A stretch of DNA of 64,000 nucleotides from an uncultured Nitrospiraceae bacterium (lineage in GTDB: Bacteria; Nitrospirota; Nitrospiria; Nitrospirales; Nitrospiraceae), in the NCBI GenBank assembly GCA_963730935.1, contig CAVSTP010000002.1, forward strand, positions 1-64,000, written 5' to 3'. How positions within the stretch are numbered: position 1 is the stretch's first letter; every line of letters begins with the position of its first letter. Positions 38,508-48,502 of the stretch are shown here, in pieces. The translations under genes and the position numbers were made by a program. The notes beneath the pieces are model-generated. The model saw only the letters and a list, made by a program, of their open reading frames with translations, ran no database searches and was not told the DNA's origin.

Positions 38508-39470
38508 CTATCGGGCTGGCGCTGTCACAGACTTGCTCGCAGGATCGATCGTGATCAGCTCCTTGGGGAGCAGAAACTCGACGTCCTCCTCAATGACGGT
38601 AAGATCTTCGACATCGGCCGCGCCATACGGCTTCAAATACGTCACGACTTCCTCCACCAGCACCTCCGGCGCCGACGCCCCTGCGGTAATGCCGATGGCG
38701 TTGACGTCCTTGAGCCAGGCCGGATTGATGTCCGCCGCCGAATCGATCAAGTAGGAATCGATCCCGCAATGTTCGCCCAATTCGCGGAGACGGTTGGAGT
38801 TGGAGCTGTTCGGCGAGCCGATCACCAGGATGACGTCGACAAGCTTGGATAATTCCTTCACGGCGTTCTGCCGATTTTGCGTCGCGTAGCAGATATCTTC
38901 CTGGTGCGGCCCCTTGATGTGAGGGAACCGTCGGTGCAGCGCTCCGACGATGTCGCGGCATTCATCGACGCTGAGCGTGGTCTGCGTAACGTAGGACAAG
39001 TTCGTCGTATATTCGACATGCAACTGTTCGACGTCTTCGACGGAGGAAACAAGATGGAACTTGTCCGGCACCTGGCCCAGCGTCCCGATCACTTCCGGAT
39101 GGCCCGCATGCCCGATAAGAATAAGTTCATATCCCTGGGTATGATCCCGGTTGACCTCGTTGTGCACTTTGATGACTAACGGACAGGTGGCATCAATTAC
39201 ATGCAGCCGGCGACGATTGGCTTCCTCCCATACGCCCTTGGCGACGCCATGCGCGCTGAAAATGACCACAGAACCCTCGGGCACCTCGTTTAATTCTTCC
39301 ACAAAGACCGCGCCCTTCTGGCGCAGGGAATTGACAACGTGGCGGCTATGGACAATTTCATGGCGGACGTAGATCGGCGCTCCATACTTCTTGAGCGAGA
39401 GATCGACAATGTCAATGGCCCGGTCGACGCCGGCGCAAAAGCCACGTGGATTGGCGAGGTAGATCTTCAT
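38508..39470 (-). CDS. ispH: 4-hydroxy-3-methylbut-2-enyl diphosphate reductase
   Basis: 'PRGFCAGV', 'DATCPLV', 'ICYATQNRQ', 'SSNS', 'TAGASAP'. Confidence 0.97.
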   Translation of the reverse strand: MKIYLANPRGFCAGVDRAIDIVDLSLKKYGAPIYVRHEIVHSRHVVNSLRQKGAVFVEELNEVPEGSVVIFSAHGVAKGVWEEANRRRLHVIDATCPLVIKVHNEVNRDHTQGYELILIGHAGHPEVIGTLGQVPDKFHLVSSVEDVEQLHVEYTTNLSYVTQTTLSVDECRDIVGALHRRFPHIKGPHQEDICYATQNRQNAVKELSKLVDVILVIGSPNSSNSNRLRELGEHCGIDSYLIDSAADINPAWLKDVNAIGITAGASAPEVLVEEVVTYLKPYGAADVEDLTVIEEDVEFLLPKELITIDPASKSVTAPAR

Positions 39471-39503
39471 GAACGTCCCTTTCTGAGCCTCGATATCCCA
39501 CCT

Positions 39504-39618
39504 ACCTTACGTGAGTTAATAAGGTTCCGTCAACAGAATAGCCCCAGCCGCCGGTCCGGTTCCGCCTGTTTTTTCAAGCGCCTGCGCGCTTGACACCGCT
39601 TGCCTCGCCCCGTACGCT
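39504..39618. promoter_or_regulatory. divergent sigma70 promoters for ispH (-) and the response regulator (+)
   Basis: (-) TTGACG-18-TAAGGT at 39533-39504; (+) TTGACA-17-TACGCT at 39590-39618. Confidence 0.5.
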
Positions 39619-39631
39619 GGTCCCACCTTCC

Positions 39632-40330
39632 ATGGCCAGTGCCGCCGCCAAGAAAATTCTGATCATCGAAGACGAGAAGGATATTCTCCAGTTGGTCAAG
39701 CTGTACCTGGAAAAGGAAGGCTACCGTGCCGTCACTGCCGCCACGGGGACCGAAGGGCTGGACAGCGCGAAGCAGCACAAACCCGACCTCATCGTGCTCG
39801 ATTTGATGCTCCCGGAAATCGACGGCCTCGAGGTCTGCAAACGCCTGCGGTCGGCGCCGGAGACCGCAATGCTGCCGATCATCATGTTGACGGCCAAAGC
39901 CGAGGAAACGGACCAGGTCATCGGTCTCGAGCTGGGGGCTGACGACTACGTCACGAAACCTTTCAGCCCGAAGGCGCTCGTGGCGCGAGTCAAAGCCCTC
40001 TTGCGCCGAGTCGATCGCAGCCGGCAGGAGACCCAGACCTCCTATCAGTACGGCAAGCTCTCGATGGACTTGGACCGGCATGAAGTGACCGTGCAGGGCA
40101 AGGACGTGCCACTCACCGCCAAGGAGTTCGGCCTGCTGGAACATCTCCTGCGCCATCCCGGACGGGTTCTAACCAGGGAGGTGCTGCTCAATCAGGTGTG
40201 GGGCTACGATTACTTTGGCACCACTCGGACCGTCGACGTGCACGTCCGGAGACTTAAGCAAAAAATTCCGTTGCTCGACGAAGCGATCCTGTCCGTAAAA
40301 TCCCTCGGCTACAAACTCAAGGAACCGTGA
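39632..40330 (+). CDS. phoB: OmpR/PhoB-family response regulator (PhoB/PhoP-like)
   Basis: Receiver domain 'LDLMLP', 'GADDYVTKPF'; wHTH 'RTVDVHVRRL'; pit/DUF47 context. Confidence 0.8.
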   Translation: MASAAAKKILIIEDEKDILQLVKLYLEKEGYRAVTAATGTEGLDSAKQHKPDLIVLDLMLPEIDGLEVCKRLRSAPETAMLPIIMLTAKAEETDQVIGLELGADDYVTKPFSPKALVARVKALLRRVDRSRQETQTSYQYGKLSMDLDRHEVTVQGKDVPLTAKEFGLLEHLLRHPGRVLTREVLLNQVWGYDYFGTTRTVDVHVRRLKQKIPLLDEAILSVKSLGYKLKEP

Positions 40331-40358
40331 TCAGCACACTTCACCCGCCGTTTCCACA

Positions 40359-42194
40359 ATGACGCTTTCTATCCGTTGGAAAGTCGCCCTCGCCATCCTG
40401 TTTGCGCTGGTCTGCGGATTCGTCATCGCAGGCGTGCTGACCGCCCGCTCGCTGGCTGAGCAGGAACTGGCGCAATCCGAGCGGGCGCTGGAAGTCTCCA
40501 CAAATCTAATTGCCTTCGATCTCCGTCCCCTCGTGACGGGGTCGTCACCCTTGCCGCCGATGCCGCGGCTTCAATCGATGGTCCGGGAGTTGAGCCGTCG
40601 AGCGCACGCGCGTGTGACGCTCGTGGATGCCTCAGGCCGGGTGCGCGCCGACAGTGCGGTGCGTGACGAGGATCTGGCCGACATCGAGAACCATCGCACA
40701 AGGCCGGAAATCGAGCAGGCCATCGCCACCGGCGCCGGCACCGACCTTCGCGCCAGCCATACGACGGGCGAGCGGACGCTGTACCGGGCCGTTCGTCTCG
40801 ACGAGCCCACCCCCACATCGACGACGCTTTATCTGCGGCTTGGACTGCCGATGACCGCGCTGGACCAGGAACTGGCCACGCTCAAGCGCAATCTGACGCT
40901 GGCCTTCGGCAGTGCATTTTTGATCGCAGTCGCCTTGAGCATCTGGCTGGCCCGAAGTCTGACCAAACCCCTCTCGGACATGGCGACCGCAGCCCGGCAA
41001 CTTGCGGGAGGCAATCTGGCCGTGCATGTGGAGACCTCCGCCCGCGACGAGGTCGGTCTGCTGGCCCACACGCTGAATCACATGACGGAGGAATTGCGAT
41101 CCAAGATCGAGGAACTGTCCGAAGACCGCTCTCAGCTGCTGGCCATGCTCACCTCGATGGTTGAAGGCGTCATGGTCTTGGATTCCAAGGGACGCATTCT
41201 CCAAGTGAATCCGGCCTGGGAGCGGATGTTCGGCGTGACCAGAGCAGAGGCACGGGGACGGCAATCCTCCGACGTCTTCGCCCATCCAAAATTGAACGCC
41301 ACCGTTTCGGCCGTACTCGCAGCCCGAGCCGGGCAGGAAGCCGAAATCGTGTTGACCAACGGACGCTGTCTCAATGTCGAAGCCTCCGTGGCCGGGGGCG
41401 AGCAGGACAACGAAGCCTGCGCGGTCCTCGTGTTTCACGACATCACCGAACTTCGCCGGCTGGAACACATCAGAAAAGACTTCGTCGCGAACGTGTCGCA
41501 TGAGCTGCGCACTCCGCTTACGTCGATCAAGGGATACGTGGAAGCGCTGCTGGACGGCGGCAAGGATGACCCGGAGACGAGCGTGCGCTTTCTCGACATT
41601 ATTTTGAAGCAAAGCGACCGCCTCAATTTGATTCTCGAAGACCTGCTCCAACTCTCGAAAATCGAATCGGGCCAGGTCCAATTCAAACAGGAACCGTTGC
41701 ACATCGGCTCGGTAGTGGACCGCACCATTGCGATGATCAAGCCGCTTGCGGACAAGAAGCAACATCGGCTCCGCGCGCAAGTGGACGCCGACCTGCCGCT
41801 CATCAACGGCGATCAAGAGCGGCTGGTGCAGGTGCTCGCCAATCTTCTGGACAACGCGATCAAGTACACTCCGGAGGGAGGACAGATCACCGTGGCGGCC
41901 CGAAGAATTCCCGTTCTCGCCCATCGCACGGCCGACGGACCGCGCAAGGGGATCGAGCTCACAGTGACCGACACCGGGATCGGCATTCCCGAAAAGGATC
42001 GTCCCCGGGTCTTCGAGCGGTTCTATCGCGTGGACAAGGCCCGCTCGCGAGAACTCGGGGGCACCGGTCTCGGTCTCGCCATCGTCAAACACATCGTCGA
42101 GGGACATGGCGGCCAGATTCGCATGGAAGGCAATGTCCCGAACGGCAGCCGCTTCGTGGTCTGCTTGCCCGCCGAGCCGGAAGACCGGGATTAG
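40359..42194 (+). CDS. phoR: PhoR-like sensor histidine kinase (periplasmic, HAMP, PAS, HisKA, HATPase domains)
   Basis: 'DFVANVSHELRTPLT', 'NLLDNAIKY', 'FERFYRVD..RSR..GGTGLGLAIVKH'. Confidence 0.85.
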   Translation: MTLSIRWKVALAILFALVCGFVIAGVLTARSLAEQELAQSERALEVSTNLIAFDLRPLVTGSSPLPPMPRLQSMVRELSRRAHARVTLVDASGRVRADSAVRDEDLADIENHRTRPEIEQAIATGAGTDLRASHTTGERTLYRAVRLDEPTPTSTTLYLRLGLPMTALDQELATLKRNLTLAFGSAFLIAVALSIWLARSLTKPLSDMATAARQLAGGNLAVHVETSARDEVGLLAHTLNHMTEELRSKIEELSEDRSQLLAMLTSMVEGVMVLDSKGRILQVNPAWERMFGVTRAEARGRQSSDVFAHPKLNATVSAVLAARAGQEAEIVLTNGRCLNVEASVAGGEQDNEACAVLVFHDITELRRLEHIRKDFVANVSHELRTPLTSIKGYVEALLDGGKDDPETSVRFLDIILKQSDRLNLILEDLLQLSKIESGQVQFKQEPLHIGSVVDRTIAMIKPLADKKQHRLRAQVDADLPLINGDQERLVQVLANLLDNAIKYTPEGGQITVAARRIPVLAHRTADGPRKGIELTVTDTGIGIPEKDRPRVFERFYRVDKARSRELGGTGLGLAIVKHIVEGHGGQIRMEGNVPNGSRFVVCLPAEPEDRD

Positions 42195-43183
42195 ACGAAT
42201 ACCGACATGATCAGATAGATAATCGTCGAGAGCAGCCCAGCCCCAGGCAGGGTAAACAGCCACGCATACAGGATTCGCCGCGTCACCCCCCACCGCACCG
42301 CTGAAAGCCGTTTGATCGCGCCGACGCCCATCACGGACGAGGTAATGGTGTGCGTCGTGCTGACCGGCAGCCCGATATGGGCTGTGAACATCAGGACGGT
42401 GGCGGCGCCGGTCTCGGCGGCAAAGCCGTGGACCGGTTCGAGCTTCACAATATTCATTCCCAGCGTGCGCACAATCCGCCAACCGCCGGCGGCCGTGCCC
42501 AATCCCATCGCCACCGCACACGCACCGATCACCCACGTCGGCACCTCGGCCGACGGAATCTGTCCGGCCGTGAGCAGCGCCAGCGTAATGATGCCCATGG
42601 CCTTTTGGGCGTCGTTCGCACCATGGCTGAACGCCATGAAACAGGCAGAGATTAACTGCAGCCGTTTGAAGAGCCGAGTGGCGACCGAGCGGGTCACGCG
42701 AAAGAACAGCCAGCTGATGAGGACCATGAAGGTCAGGCCTATCGCAAAGCCGAAAAACGGGGACAACACCATCGCTTCCAAGACGGAGCGCAAACCAGTC
42801 AGTTTCACGGTTTCCCAGCCGCCGTGCGTAACGGCAGCCCCCACCATCCCTCCGATAAGCGCGTGCGAAGAGCTCGTTGGCAAGCCCAGCATCAGCGTGA
42901 AGAGGTTCCAGCAGATCGCACCAGCCAGCGCTGCAGCCACCATGTGCTGCGTGACACCGGCCGGATCCACGATGCCCGATCCCACCATCTTCGCCACCGC
43001 CGTAGACATGAAGGCCCCGGCCACGTTGAGCAGACCCGCAACAATGACGGCCACAAAGGGACTGATGACTCGCGTCGAGACCACAGTGGCAATTGCATTG
43101 GCACTGTCGTGCCATCCGTTCGAAAAATCGAACAGCAGCGCCAACACAACGACCAGGAGCAACATTCCGGTAAGTTCAGGCAT
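42191..43183 (-). CDS. pit: inorganic phosphate transporter, PiT family
   Basis: 'NGWHDSANAIAT', 'PTSSSH', 'HGAND', 'PVSTTH'. Confidence 0.93.
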   Translation of the reverse strand: MPELTGMLLLVVVLALLFDFSNGWHDSANAIATVVSTRVISPFVAVIVAGLLNVAGAFMSTAVAKMVGSGIVDPAGVTQHMVAAALAGAICWNLFTLMLGLPTSSSHALIGGMVGAAVTHGGWETVKLTGLRSVLEAMVLSPFFGFAIGLTFMVLISWLFFRVTRSVATRLFKRLQLISACFMAFSHGANDAQKAMGIITLALLTAGQIPSAEVPTWVIGACAVAMGLGTAAGGWRIVRTLGMNIVKLEPVHGFAAETGAATVLMFTAHIGLPVSTTHTITSSVMGVGAIKRLSAVRWGVTRRILYAWLFTLPGAGLLSTIIYLIMSVFV

Positions 43184-43297
43184 GGTGGACGGCGATCGAT
43201 GAAGCGTGAAGGATGGTGAATAACAGCTGATCGACGAGTGACAACAGAACAGTCAATTCCGTCCCGAGGCTCACAGGGGTGTCACACATGAAGATTG

Positions 43298-43424
43298 GCA
43301 GGATGTTCAAAAAGGCCGTCCGGCGAGGCCGCAGTGAGCGAGGAGGCGAGGGCGTACTCTTTTCGGTACGTCGAACCTCCGAGCGACGCGAGAACAAAGC
43401 TGGCGGCTTTTTTCAACATCCTGC
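43298..43424. repeat. palindromic MITE/REP-like element, copy A
   Basis: Terminal inverted repeat GCAGGATGTTCAAAAAGGCCG / CGGCTTTTTTCAACATCCTGC; overlaps the DUF47 stop codon. Confidence 0.85.
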
Positions 43425-44047
43425 TAGTGGTGTTTCAGCGCGATGCGCTCCAGGATATTGGCCACGTCTTCGCAACGGTCGGTGCCGGCCTCAAATCCCT
43501 CATAAATTTCTTTCCACTTGATGACCGCCATCGGATCGGTCTCCTTCTCGAACAGCGCCGAGATGGCATCACGGGAAATACGGTCGGCCTCGTTCTCGAG
43601 ACTGTTGACCTGAACGCTGCACTCTTTGATGTCCGGATGCGCCAACCCCAGTCGGTCCACGCCCGCTCCCACCGCGACGGACGCCTGATACAACACGTCG
43701 GCCAACTTCACGGCTCGTTCCGTCGGCTTCGTGACCTTGTAGAGCACGAATCGGTCGGCGATCGCCTCCGCCACGTCCAAGATATCGTCCAATGCGCTCG
43801 CCAAATCGTGGATGTCCTCACGGTCGATCGGCGTGATGAAAGTCTGGTTGAGCCGGCGCGCGATGTCATGCGTAATTCCGTCTCCCACGTGCTCGACCTC
43901 TTTGATCCGCTTGGCCTGCTCTGCCGGAGACTGGTAATGCTCCATCATCTCCTTCAACAGGCGGCTGCCTTCGATCATGTTGTGCGCAGCGTTCTTGAAT
44001 AACTCAAAGAAGGCTTCTTCTCTTGGAATCAAGCCGAACATCGTCAT
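43424..44047 (-). CDS. DUF47 (PhoU-like) phosphate transport regulator
   Basis: 'EHVGD.I', 'FITPIDREDI..LAS.LDD', 'ENEAD', 'DRCEDVAN'. Confidence 0.92.
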   Translation of the reverse strand: MTMFGLIPREEAFFELFKNAAHNMIEGSRLLKEMMEHYQSPAEQAKRIKEVEHVGDGITHDIARRLNQTFITPIDREDIHDLASALDDILDVAEAIADRFVLYKVTKPTERAVKLADVLYQASVAVGAGVDRLGLAHPDIKECSVQVNSLENEADRISRDAISALFEKETDPMAVIKWKEIYEGFEAGTDRCEDVANILERIALKHH

Positions 44048-44098
44048 CCCTCTCTACGGAACATCCGCCGCTCGCTCACGGCTCGGCCCGTCAACGCG

Positions 44099-45091
44099 TC
44101 ACCACCGGATGAGCCCGGAGGCCCAGGTCAATCCGCCGCCAAAGCTGCCCAACACCATGAGATCATGCGGTCTCACCTTGCCGGCCCGCACGGCATGGTC
44201 CAGCGCGATCGGCAGCGAGGCGGAGGAGGTGTTTCCGAAGCGTTGAATCACGGAACAGATCCGGTCTGCCGGGACCGCCAGGCGGGTGGCGAGTTGCGCA
44301 AGGATTCTTCCGTTCGCTTGGTGGACAACGAATTGCGCCACGTCCCGCAATTCCACGCCAAATTCCTTCAGGATGTCCCGCACCGCCTGCTCCAGACGCC
44401 TCACCGCGAGACGGAACAGCGGTGCGCCTTGCATGCGCAGGGTCTGGTCCCTTCTCTCGAGTCTGTCCAGAGTCAAAGGCCAGCGGGACCCGCCGGCATG
44501 AATCCGAATCAGATCGTGGCGCCCGCCGTCTGCAGCGAGGCGAATCCCGAGCAGGCCGCGGCTGGGCTGGCTGTCCTCGGATTCGCCTTGCACGATCACG
44601 GCACCGGCTCCGTCACCGAACAATAAGGCCGTGTCAAGATCATGCGGATCGAGCGTGCGAGACTTCACTTCCGCCGCGGCCACGAGGCAAGTCTTGATCT
44701 GGCCGCTTCGGATCATGGCATCTGCCATGGACAGGCCATACAAGAAGCCCGAACAGGAAGCCGCGACGTCGAAGGCCGGCACGCTGCCGCAGGACAATTT
44801 CCGCTGGACGTGACAGGCGGTCGACGGAAACGCCATGTCGGGGGAAGTGGTCGAAACCAGAACGGCCTCCATCGCGGTCGGTTCAAGCCCTGCCGCACCC
44901 AATGCCGCACGAGCCGCCTCGACGGCCAAGTCAGACGATGCCTGAGCGGGGTCCGCCCATCGCCGTTCCTCTATACCGGTGAGCCGTGTGATAGTGTCTG
45001 GATCAATTTTTAACGCAGCCCCAACCTCCTGATTCGAGATTACTCGTTCCGGGAGATACGAGCCGGTTCCAATAATTCTGGATCGAATCAT
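44099..45091 (-). CDS. fabH: 3-oxoacyl-ACP synthase III
   Basis: 'ASCSGF', 'HQAN', 'GNTSSAS', 'FGGGLTW'. Confidence 0.92.
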   Translation of the reverse strand: MIRSRIIGTGSYLPERVISNQEVGAALKIDPDTITRLTGIEERRWADPAQASSDLAVEAARAALGAAGLEPTAMEAVLVSTTSPDMAFPSTACHVQRKLSCGSVPAFDVAASCSGFLYGLSMADAMIRSGQIKTCLVAAAEVKSRTLDPHDLDTALLFGDGAGAVIVQGESEDSQPSRGLLGIRLAADGGRHDLIRIHAGGSRWPLTLDRLERRDQTLRMQGAPLFRLAVRRLEQAVRDILKEFGVELRDVAQFVVHQANGRILAQLATRLAVPADRICSVIQRFGNTSSASLPIALDHAVRAGKVRPHDLMVLGSFGGGLTWASGLIRW

Positions 45092-45126
45092 TGCTGAAAT
45101 GCCAAGGGGTTGCACCGAACCGCCGG

Positions 45127-45201
45127 ATTATAGGTCCCGCGACTCCAGTGGTCAACCCAAGCGGATGAAAGATTGCATTTGTAGTGCTCTCCTGCTACTT
45201 T
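45127..45201. promoter_or_regulatory. divergent sigma70 promoters fabH (-) / bamD (+)
   Basis: (-) TTGACC-17-TATAAT at 45155-45127; (+) TTGCAT-17-TACTTT at 45173-45201. Confidence 0.6.
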
Positions 45202-45247
45202 TGAAACTAGAGATCTTGGGCATCAACCACCAGGGGCAAGTCTATTC

Positions 45248-46150
45248 ATGCGGCGGCACAGCTTAACACTCGCAATGGGCACCGTTGCGGTGTGCCTGTT
45301 GCTGGCCTGCAGTTCCAACAAAACCGGCGATCCCACCTCAAAAAAGGCGCTGAGCGGAACGGACGAGTCGATTTTTCTCGGCGATACCATCGAGAAGAAC
45401 TACGACCCCAACGTCATCATGAAGCGCGGCGAAGCCTTTTTCGAGAAAGAGGAATACGCCGAAGCGATCGTCGAATATCTCCACTTTCTCGATCTTCACC
45501 GCAATCACATGCTGGCCTCCTACGCGGCCTTTCGGGTCGGCGAAAGCAATATGAAGCGGGCCAAAGGAATTGAACGCGATCCGGAACCGGTTCAGAAGGC
45601 GATCGATTCGTTCGAGCGGCTTCGAAGGGACTATCCCGGGAGCCGATACGACGGCCAGGCCGTGGAAAAGATCGACGAGTGCCACGATCTGTTGGCCCAG
45701 ATGCATCTCTTTGTCGGACAATTCTACTATCGACGCCAATCCTATTTGGCCGCCGCTCACCGCTTTGAACAGATCATGAAGATCTATCCCGACAAGTCTG
45801 TGGCGCCGGATGCGCTGTACTTTTTGGCACTGAGCTATCACGATCTCGGGGCGGATGATTGGGCCAGTGAAAAGCTGACGCTGTTGGCCGAGAAGTATCC
45901 AAACAGCGCACATTCCGGCGAAGGCGCAAGACTGCTCGCAAAGATCAACAAGTCCCAGCCCTCTGTCCTCGTTGCGAAAAAGCCGGACGCGCCTGCTGCT
46001 GGTCCCGCACCATCTTCAGCCGGAGAAAGTCAGCATTCGGCGCCTGCGGGAGGCATCACCCCTCAGGTCGCCAACGGGCTCATGCGGCTTCCTTCGGCGA
46101 CGGCCATGGGACAGGGGTTCGTCAGCTGTCGACTCGGCGTCTGGTGCTAG
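45248..46150 (+). CDS. bamD: outer membrane assembly lipoprotein BamD
   Basis: Lipobox LLAC; TPR repeats; 'RD......A...F..L...YP.SRY', 'FYYRR..Y.AA..RF'. Confidence 0.88.
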   Translation: MRRHSLTLAMGTVAVCLLLACSSNKTGDPTSKKALSGTDESIFLGDTIEKNYDPNVIMKRGEAFFEKEEYAEAIVEYLHFLDLHRNHMLASYAAFRVGESNMKRAKGIERDPEPVQKAIDSFERLRRDYPGSRYDGQAVEKIDECHDLLAQMHLFVGQFYYRRQSYLAAAHRFEQIMKIYPDKSVAPDALYFLALSYHDLGADDWASEKLTLLAEKYPNSAHSGEGARLLAKINKSQPSVLVAKKPDAPAAGPAPSSAGESQHSAPAGGITPQVANGLMRLPSATAMGQGFVSCRLGVWC

Positions 46151-46153
46151 CCC

Positions 46154-46277
46154 CAGACTGGTGAAACAGGCCGTCGGCTGCGTTCTCGCTTCGCTCAATC
46201 CCTCGACATACCAACCAACGTATGCCTCGGTCTTTCGCTTGCTGCGGTCTTGCCGAACAGCCTGTTTGACCAGCCTG
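46154..46277. repeat. palindromic MITE/REP-like element, copy C (reverse orientation)
   Basis: TIR CAGACTGGTGAAACAGGC / GCCTGTTTGACCAGCCTG; reverse complement contains GACCGCAGCAAGCGA..CGAGGCATAC..GAGCGAAGCGAGAAC. Confidence 0.8.
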
Positions 46278-46356
46278 ATGAGGTCACCGGCCGCGCACTT
46301 GTGGAAGCTTCGTTAAGAGAAGAATAGACCCGAGTGCATCTTCGACGCAGATCTTG

Positions 46357-46480
46357 CGGGATGTTCAAAAAGGCCTCTCAGCAAGGCCGCAGCGAGTACG
46401 GGCTCGAGGCGTACATTGTCTGGTACGTCGAGCGTCCGAGCGATGCGAGAACGACGCTAAAGGCCTTTTTCAACATCCCG
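46357..46480. repeat. palindromic MITE/REP-like element, copy B
   Basis: TIR CGGGATGTTCAAAAAGGCCT / AGGCCTTTTTCAACATCCCG; core as in copy A; abuts the ccdA stop. Confidence 0.85.
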
Positions 46481-47227
46481 TTACTGGCCCAGATACCAGC
46501 CGATGCCGTACCGCTCCAGGAAACTCGTAATCATCGTCAACGAATTCGCATAGATCATGACGCCGACAATGACGAGCAACACTCCACTGACGGTCGACAC
46601 ACCCCAGAGATACGCACGCGCCTGCTTGAAATAGGCCAGAAATCGGTCCACGCCGAGCGCGGTCAAAAACAGCGGCAGACCCAACCCAAGCGAATAACTG
46701 GTCAACAGCAGGACGCCGTTGAGCAGCGAGTCAGTCGTGCTCGCATACAAGAGGATGGTGCCGAGCACCGGACCGACGCAGGGCGTCCACCCGGCCGCAA
46801 ACGCGATGCCGATCAGAAACGATCCGAGATAGCCGACTGGTCGGTTTCGAAATTGGAACCGGTGCTCCATCTGCAAAAAATTAATGTTGAGGATGCCCAG
46901 CAGATACAAGCCGAAGATCACAATCAGGACGCCGCCGATGCGCCGGATGTGATCCTGATAGGTGATCAGGATTTGGCCGATGAAACTCGCCGAAGCGCCG
47001 AAGGCAATGAATACCGCCGAGAAACCAGCGATGAACAAGAGGGCGTTTACGACAATCGCGGTCCTGAATCGAGATCTCGCATTGGCGTCCGTCAGCTGTT
47101 CAATCGACAACCCCGTGATGTACGAGATGTACGAGGGAACCAACGGGAGCACGCACGGCGATACAAACGAAAGCAGGCCTGCCGAAAACGCCGCGATCAA
47201 CGATATTTGGCTGAGGGATTGCGTCAC
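46481..47227 (-). CDS. ccdA: cytochrome c biogenesis protein CcdA
   Basis: 'SFVSPCVLPLVP.Y', 'GWTPCVGPVL'. Confidence 0.93.
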   Translation of the reverse strand: MTQSLSQISLIAAFSAGLLSFVSPCVLPLVPSYISYITGLSIEQLTDANARSRFRTAIVVNALLFIAGFSAVFIAFGASASFIGQILITYQDHIRRIGGVLIVIFGLYLLGILNINFLQMEHRFQFRNRPVGYLGSFLIGIAFAAGWTPCVGPVLGTILLYASTTDSLLNGVLLLTSYSLGLGLPLFLTALGVDRFLAYFKQARAYLWGVSTVSGVLLVIVGVMIYANSLTMITSFLERYGIGWYLGQ

Positions 47228-47252
47228 AGGACCTACCTAGAGTGGGAAACGA

Positions 47253-47792
47253 CTAGGATTTCATCAGCATTTCGATCAACTGGTGTGCTTCGGGGGCCTC
47301 CCAGTCGCGGGCGCCGAAGATGTGTTGCCGCACGATCCCCTGCCGATCGACCATGAACGTCATCGGCAGCGTCCGTGCCCCGTAGGACAAGCCCACCCGA
47401 AAGTCCGCATCGTGGAGGATGGGAAAGGTGAGCTTGTTCTCCTGCTGAAACGGTCTCGTCACTGCTGCGCCTTGGGCGTCGGTCGAGACCGCGAGAATCT
47501 CGAAATCTTTCCGATCGTACGCGCGGTAGAGCCGTTCCATGGCCGGCATCTCCACGCGGCAGGGCCCGCACCAAGTCGCCCAAAAATTGAGGAGCACCAC
47601 TTTCCCCCTCAGGTCGGACAGTGAAACGATCCGCCCCTCCATGTCTCGAAGCTGAAAGTTGGGGGCCTGCTCGCCGGGCTTGACCACACCCCGTTGCGCA
47701 ATCGAGGTCACGTTGTCGGCGAAGACCACGGAGGAAACAACCGTCGCCATGAGCAGCGAGACGAGTCCGGTTATGAGGACGATTCTGTTCAT
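47253..47792 (-). CDS. TlpA/ResA-like thiol-disulfide reductase
   Basis: 'NFWATWCGPCR.EMP'; ATGA coupling to the upstream paralog. Confidence 0.9.
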   Translation of the reverse strand: MNRIVLITGLVSLLMATVVSSVVFADNVTSIAQRGVVKPGEQAPNFQLRDMEGRIVSLSDLRGKVVLLNFWATWCGPCRVEMPAMERLYRAYDRKDFEILAVSTDAQGAAVTRPFQQENKLTFPILHDADFRVGLSYGARTLPMTFMVDRQGIVRQHIFGARDWEAPEAHQLIEMLMKS

Positions 47793-48409
47793 CCCCGCTT
47801 TCCTCGCGATGTCGCCGGTAAAGGCTGCTCGGCCGTCTTGGGTGTCACATTGAGGAGCTTGGTCAATACTTGTAGACTGTCGACCCTCGTCCAATCGCGC
47901 GGGCCGATCACAATTTCGCGAATGATGCCCTCCTGATCGATAATAAACGTTTCCGGCACCCCCATCCGCTTATAGGGTTTGTCCGTCCGTCCCCATGAAT
48001 CGATCAATACCGGGAACGTCAGGTTCATGCCTTTGACAAACGGGGGGATGTCCTTCGTGGTCGTCACCCGGTCGATGCTGACAGCCAAAATGACGAGGCC
48101 GTCCTTTTCGAAATTCTTGTTCAAAATTTCCATCGACGGCATCTCTTCACGACACGGCTTGCACCACGTCGCCCAAAAGTTAAGGAAGACCACCTTCCCC
48201 CGAAACTCGGACAGGCGATAGGGCTTGTCGTTCAGATCAGAGAGCGAAAAGTCCGGCGCCGGTTTGCCGACGGCGAGCGGCTCATATTTGGCGCTCTGGA
48301 GCCATACAAGGGTGAAGACCGCAATGAGAATGGCCGTGCCAACGCCAAGAATCAACAGGCGTGACTTGCCCTGCGCAGGAACTGTGACTGGAATTGACTG
48401 CTCTGTCAT
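47789..48409 (-). CDS. TlpA/ResA-like thiol-disulfide reductase
   Basis: TM anchor; 'NFWATWCKPCREEMP', 'GVPETF'. Confidence 0.9.
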   Translation of the reverse strand: MTEQSIPVTVPAQGKSRLLILGVGTAILIAVFTLVWLQSAKYEPLAVGKPAPDFSLSDLNDKPYRLSEFRGKVVFLNFWATWCKPCREEMPSMEILNKNFEKDGLVILAVSIDRVTTTKDIPPFVKGMNLTFPVLIDSWGRTDKPYKRMGVPETFIIDQEGIIREIVIGPRDWTRVDSLQVLTKLLNVTPKTAEQPLPATSRGKRG

Positions 48410-48502
48410 AAACGATCCGCTACTATCTTGTCGGATGCTCACAACGGTCGGCTGTCGCTCCCGCTCACGCCGGCGGACTGAATCGCGCCGATCAATTATC
48501 TA

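Noticed and set aside
40632..43115. 827-aa minus-strand ORF
   Set aside because: Antisense shadow of phoR plus an off-frame overlap of pit; no motifs; typical of high-GC DNA
43270..43286. Pho-box-like CTCACA/GTCACA 11-bp repeat upstream of pit
   Set aside because: Only two weak half-sites, oriented opposite to pit transcription; insufficient support
43295..44002. ORFs starting MAGCSKRP.../MFKKA... (also 43279-43521 and 46334-47356)
   Set aside because: They are translations of the palindromic repeat running antisense to DUF47 or ccdA
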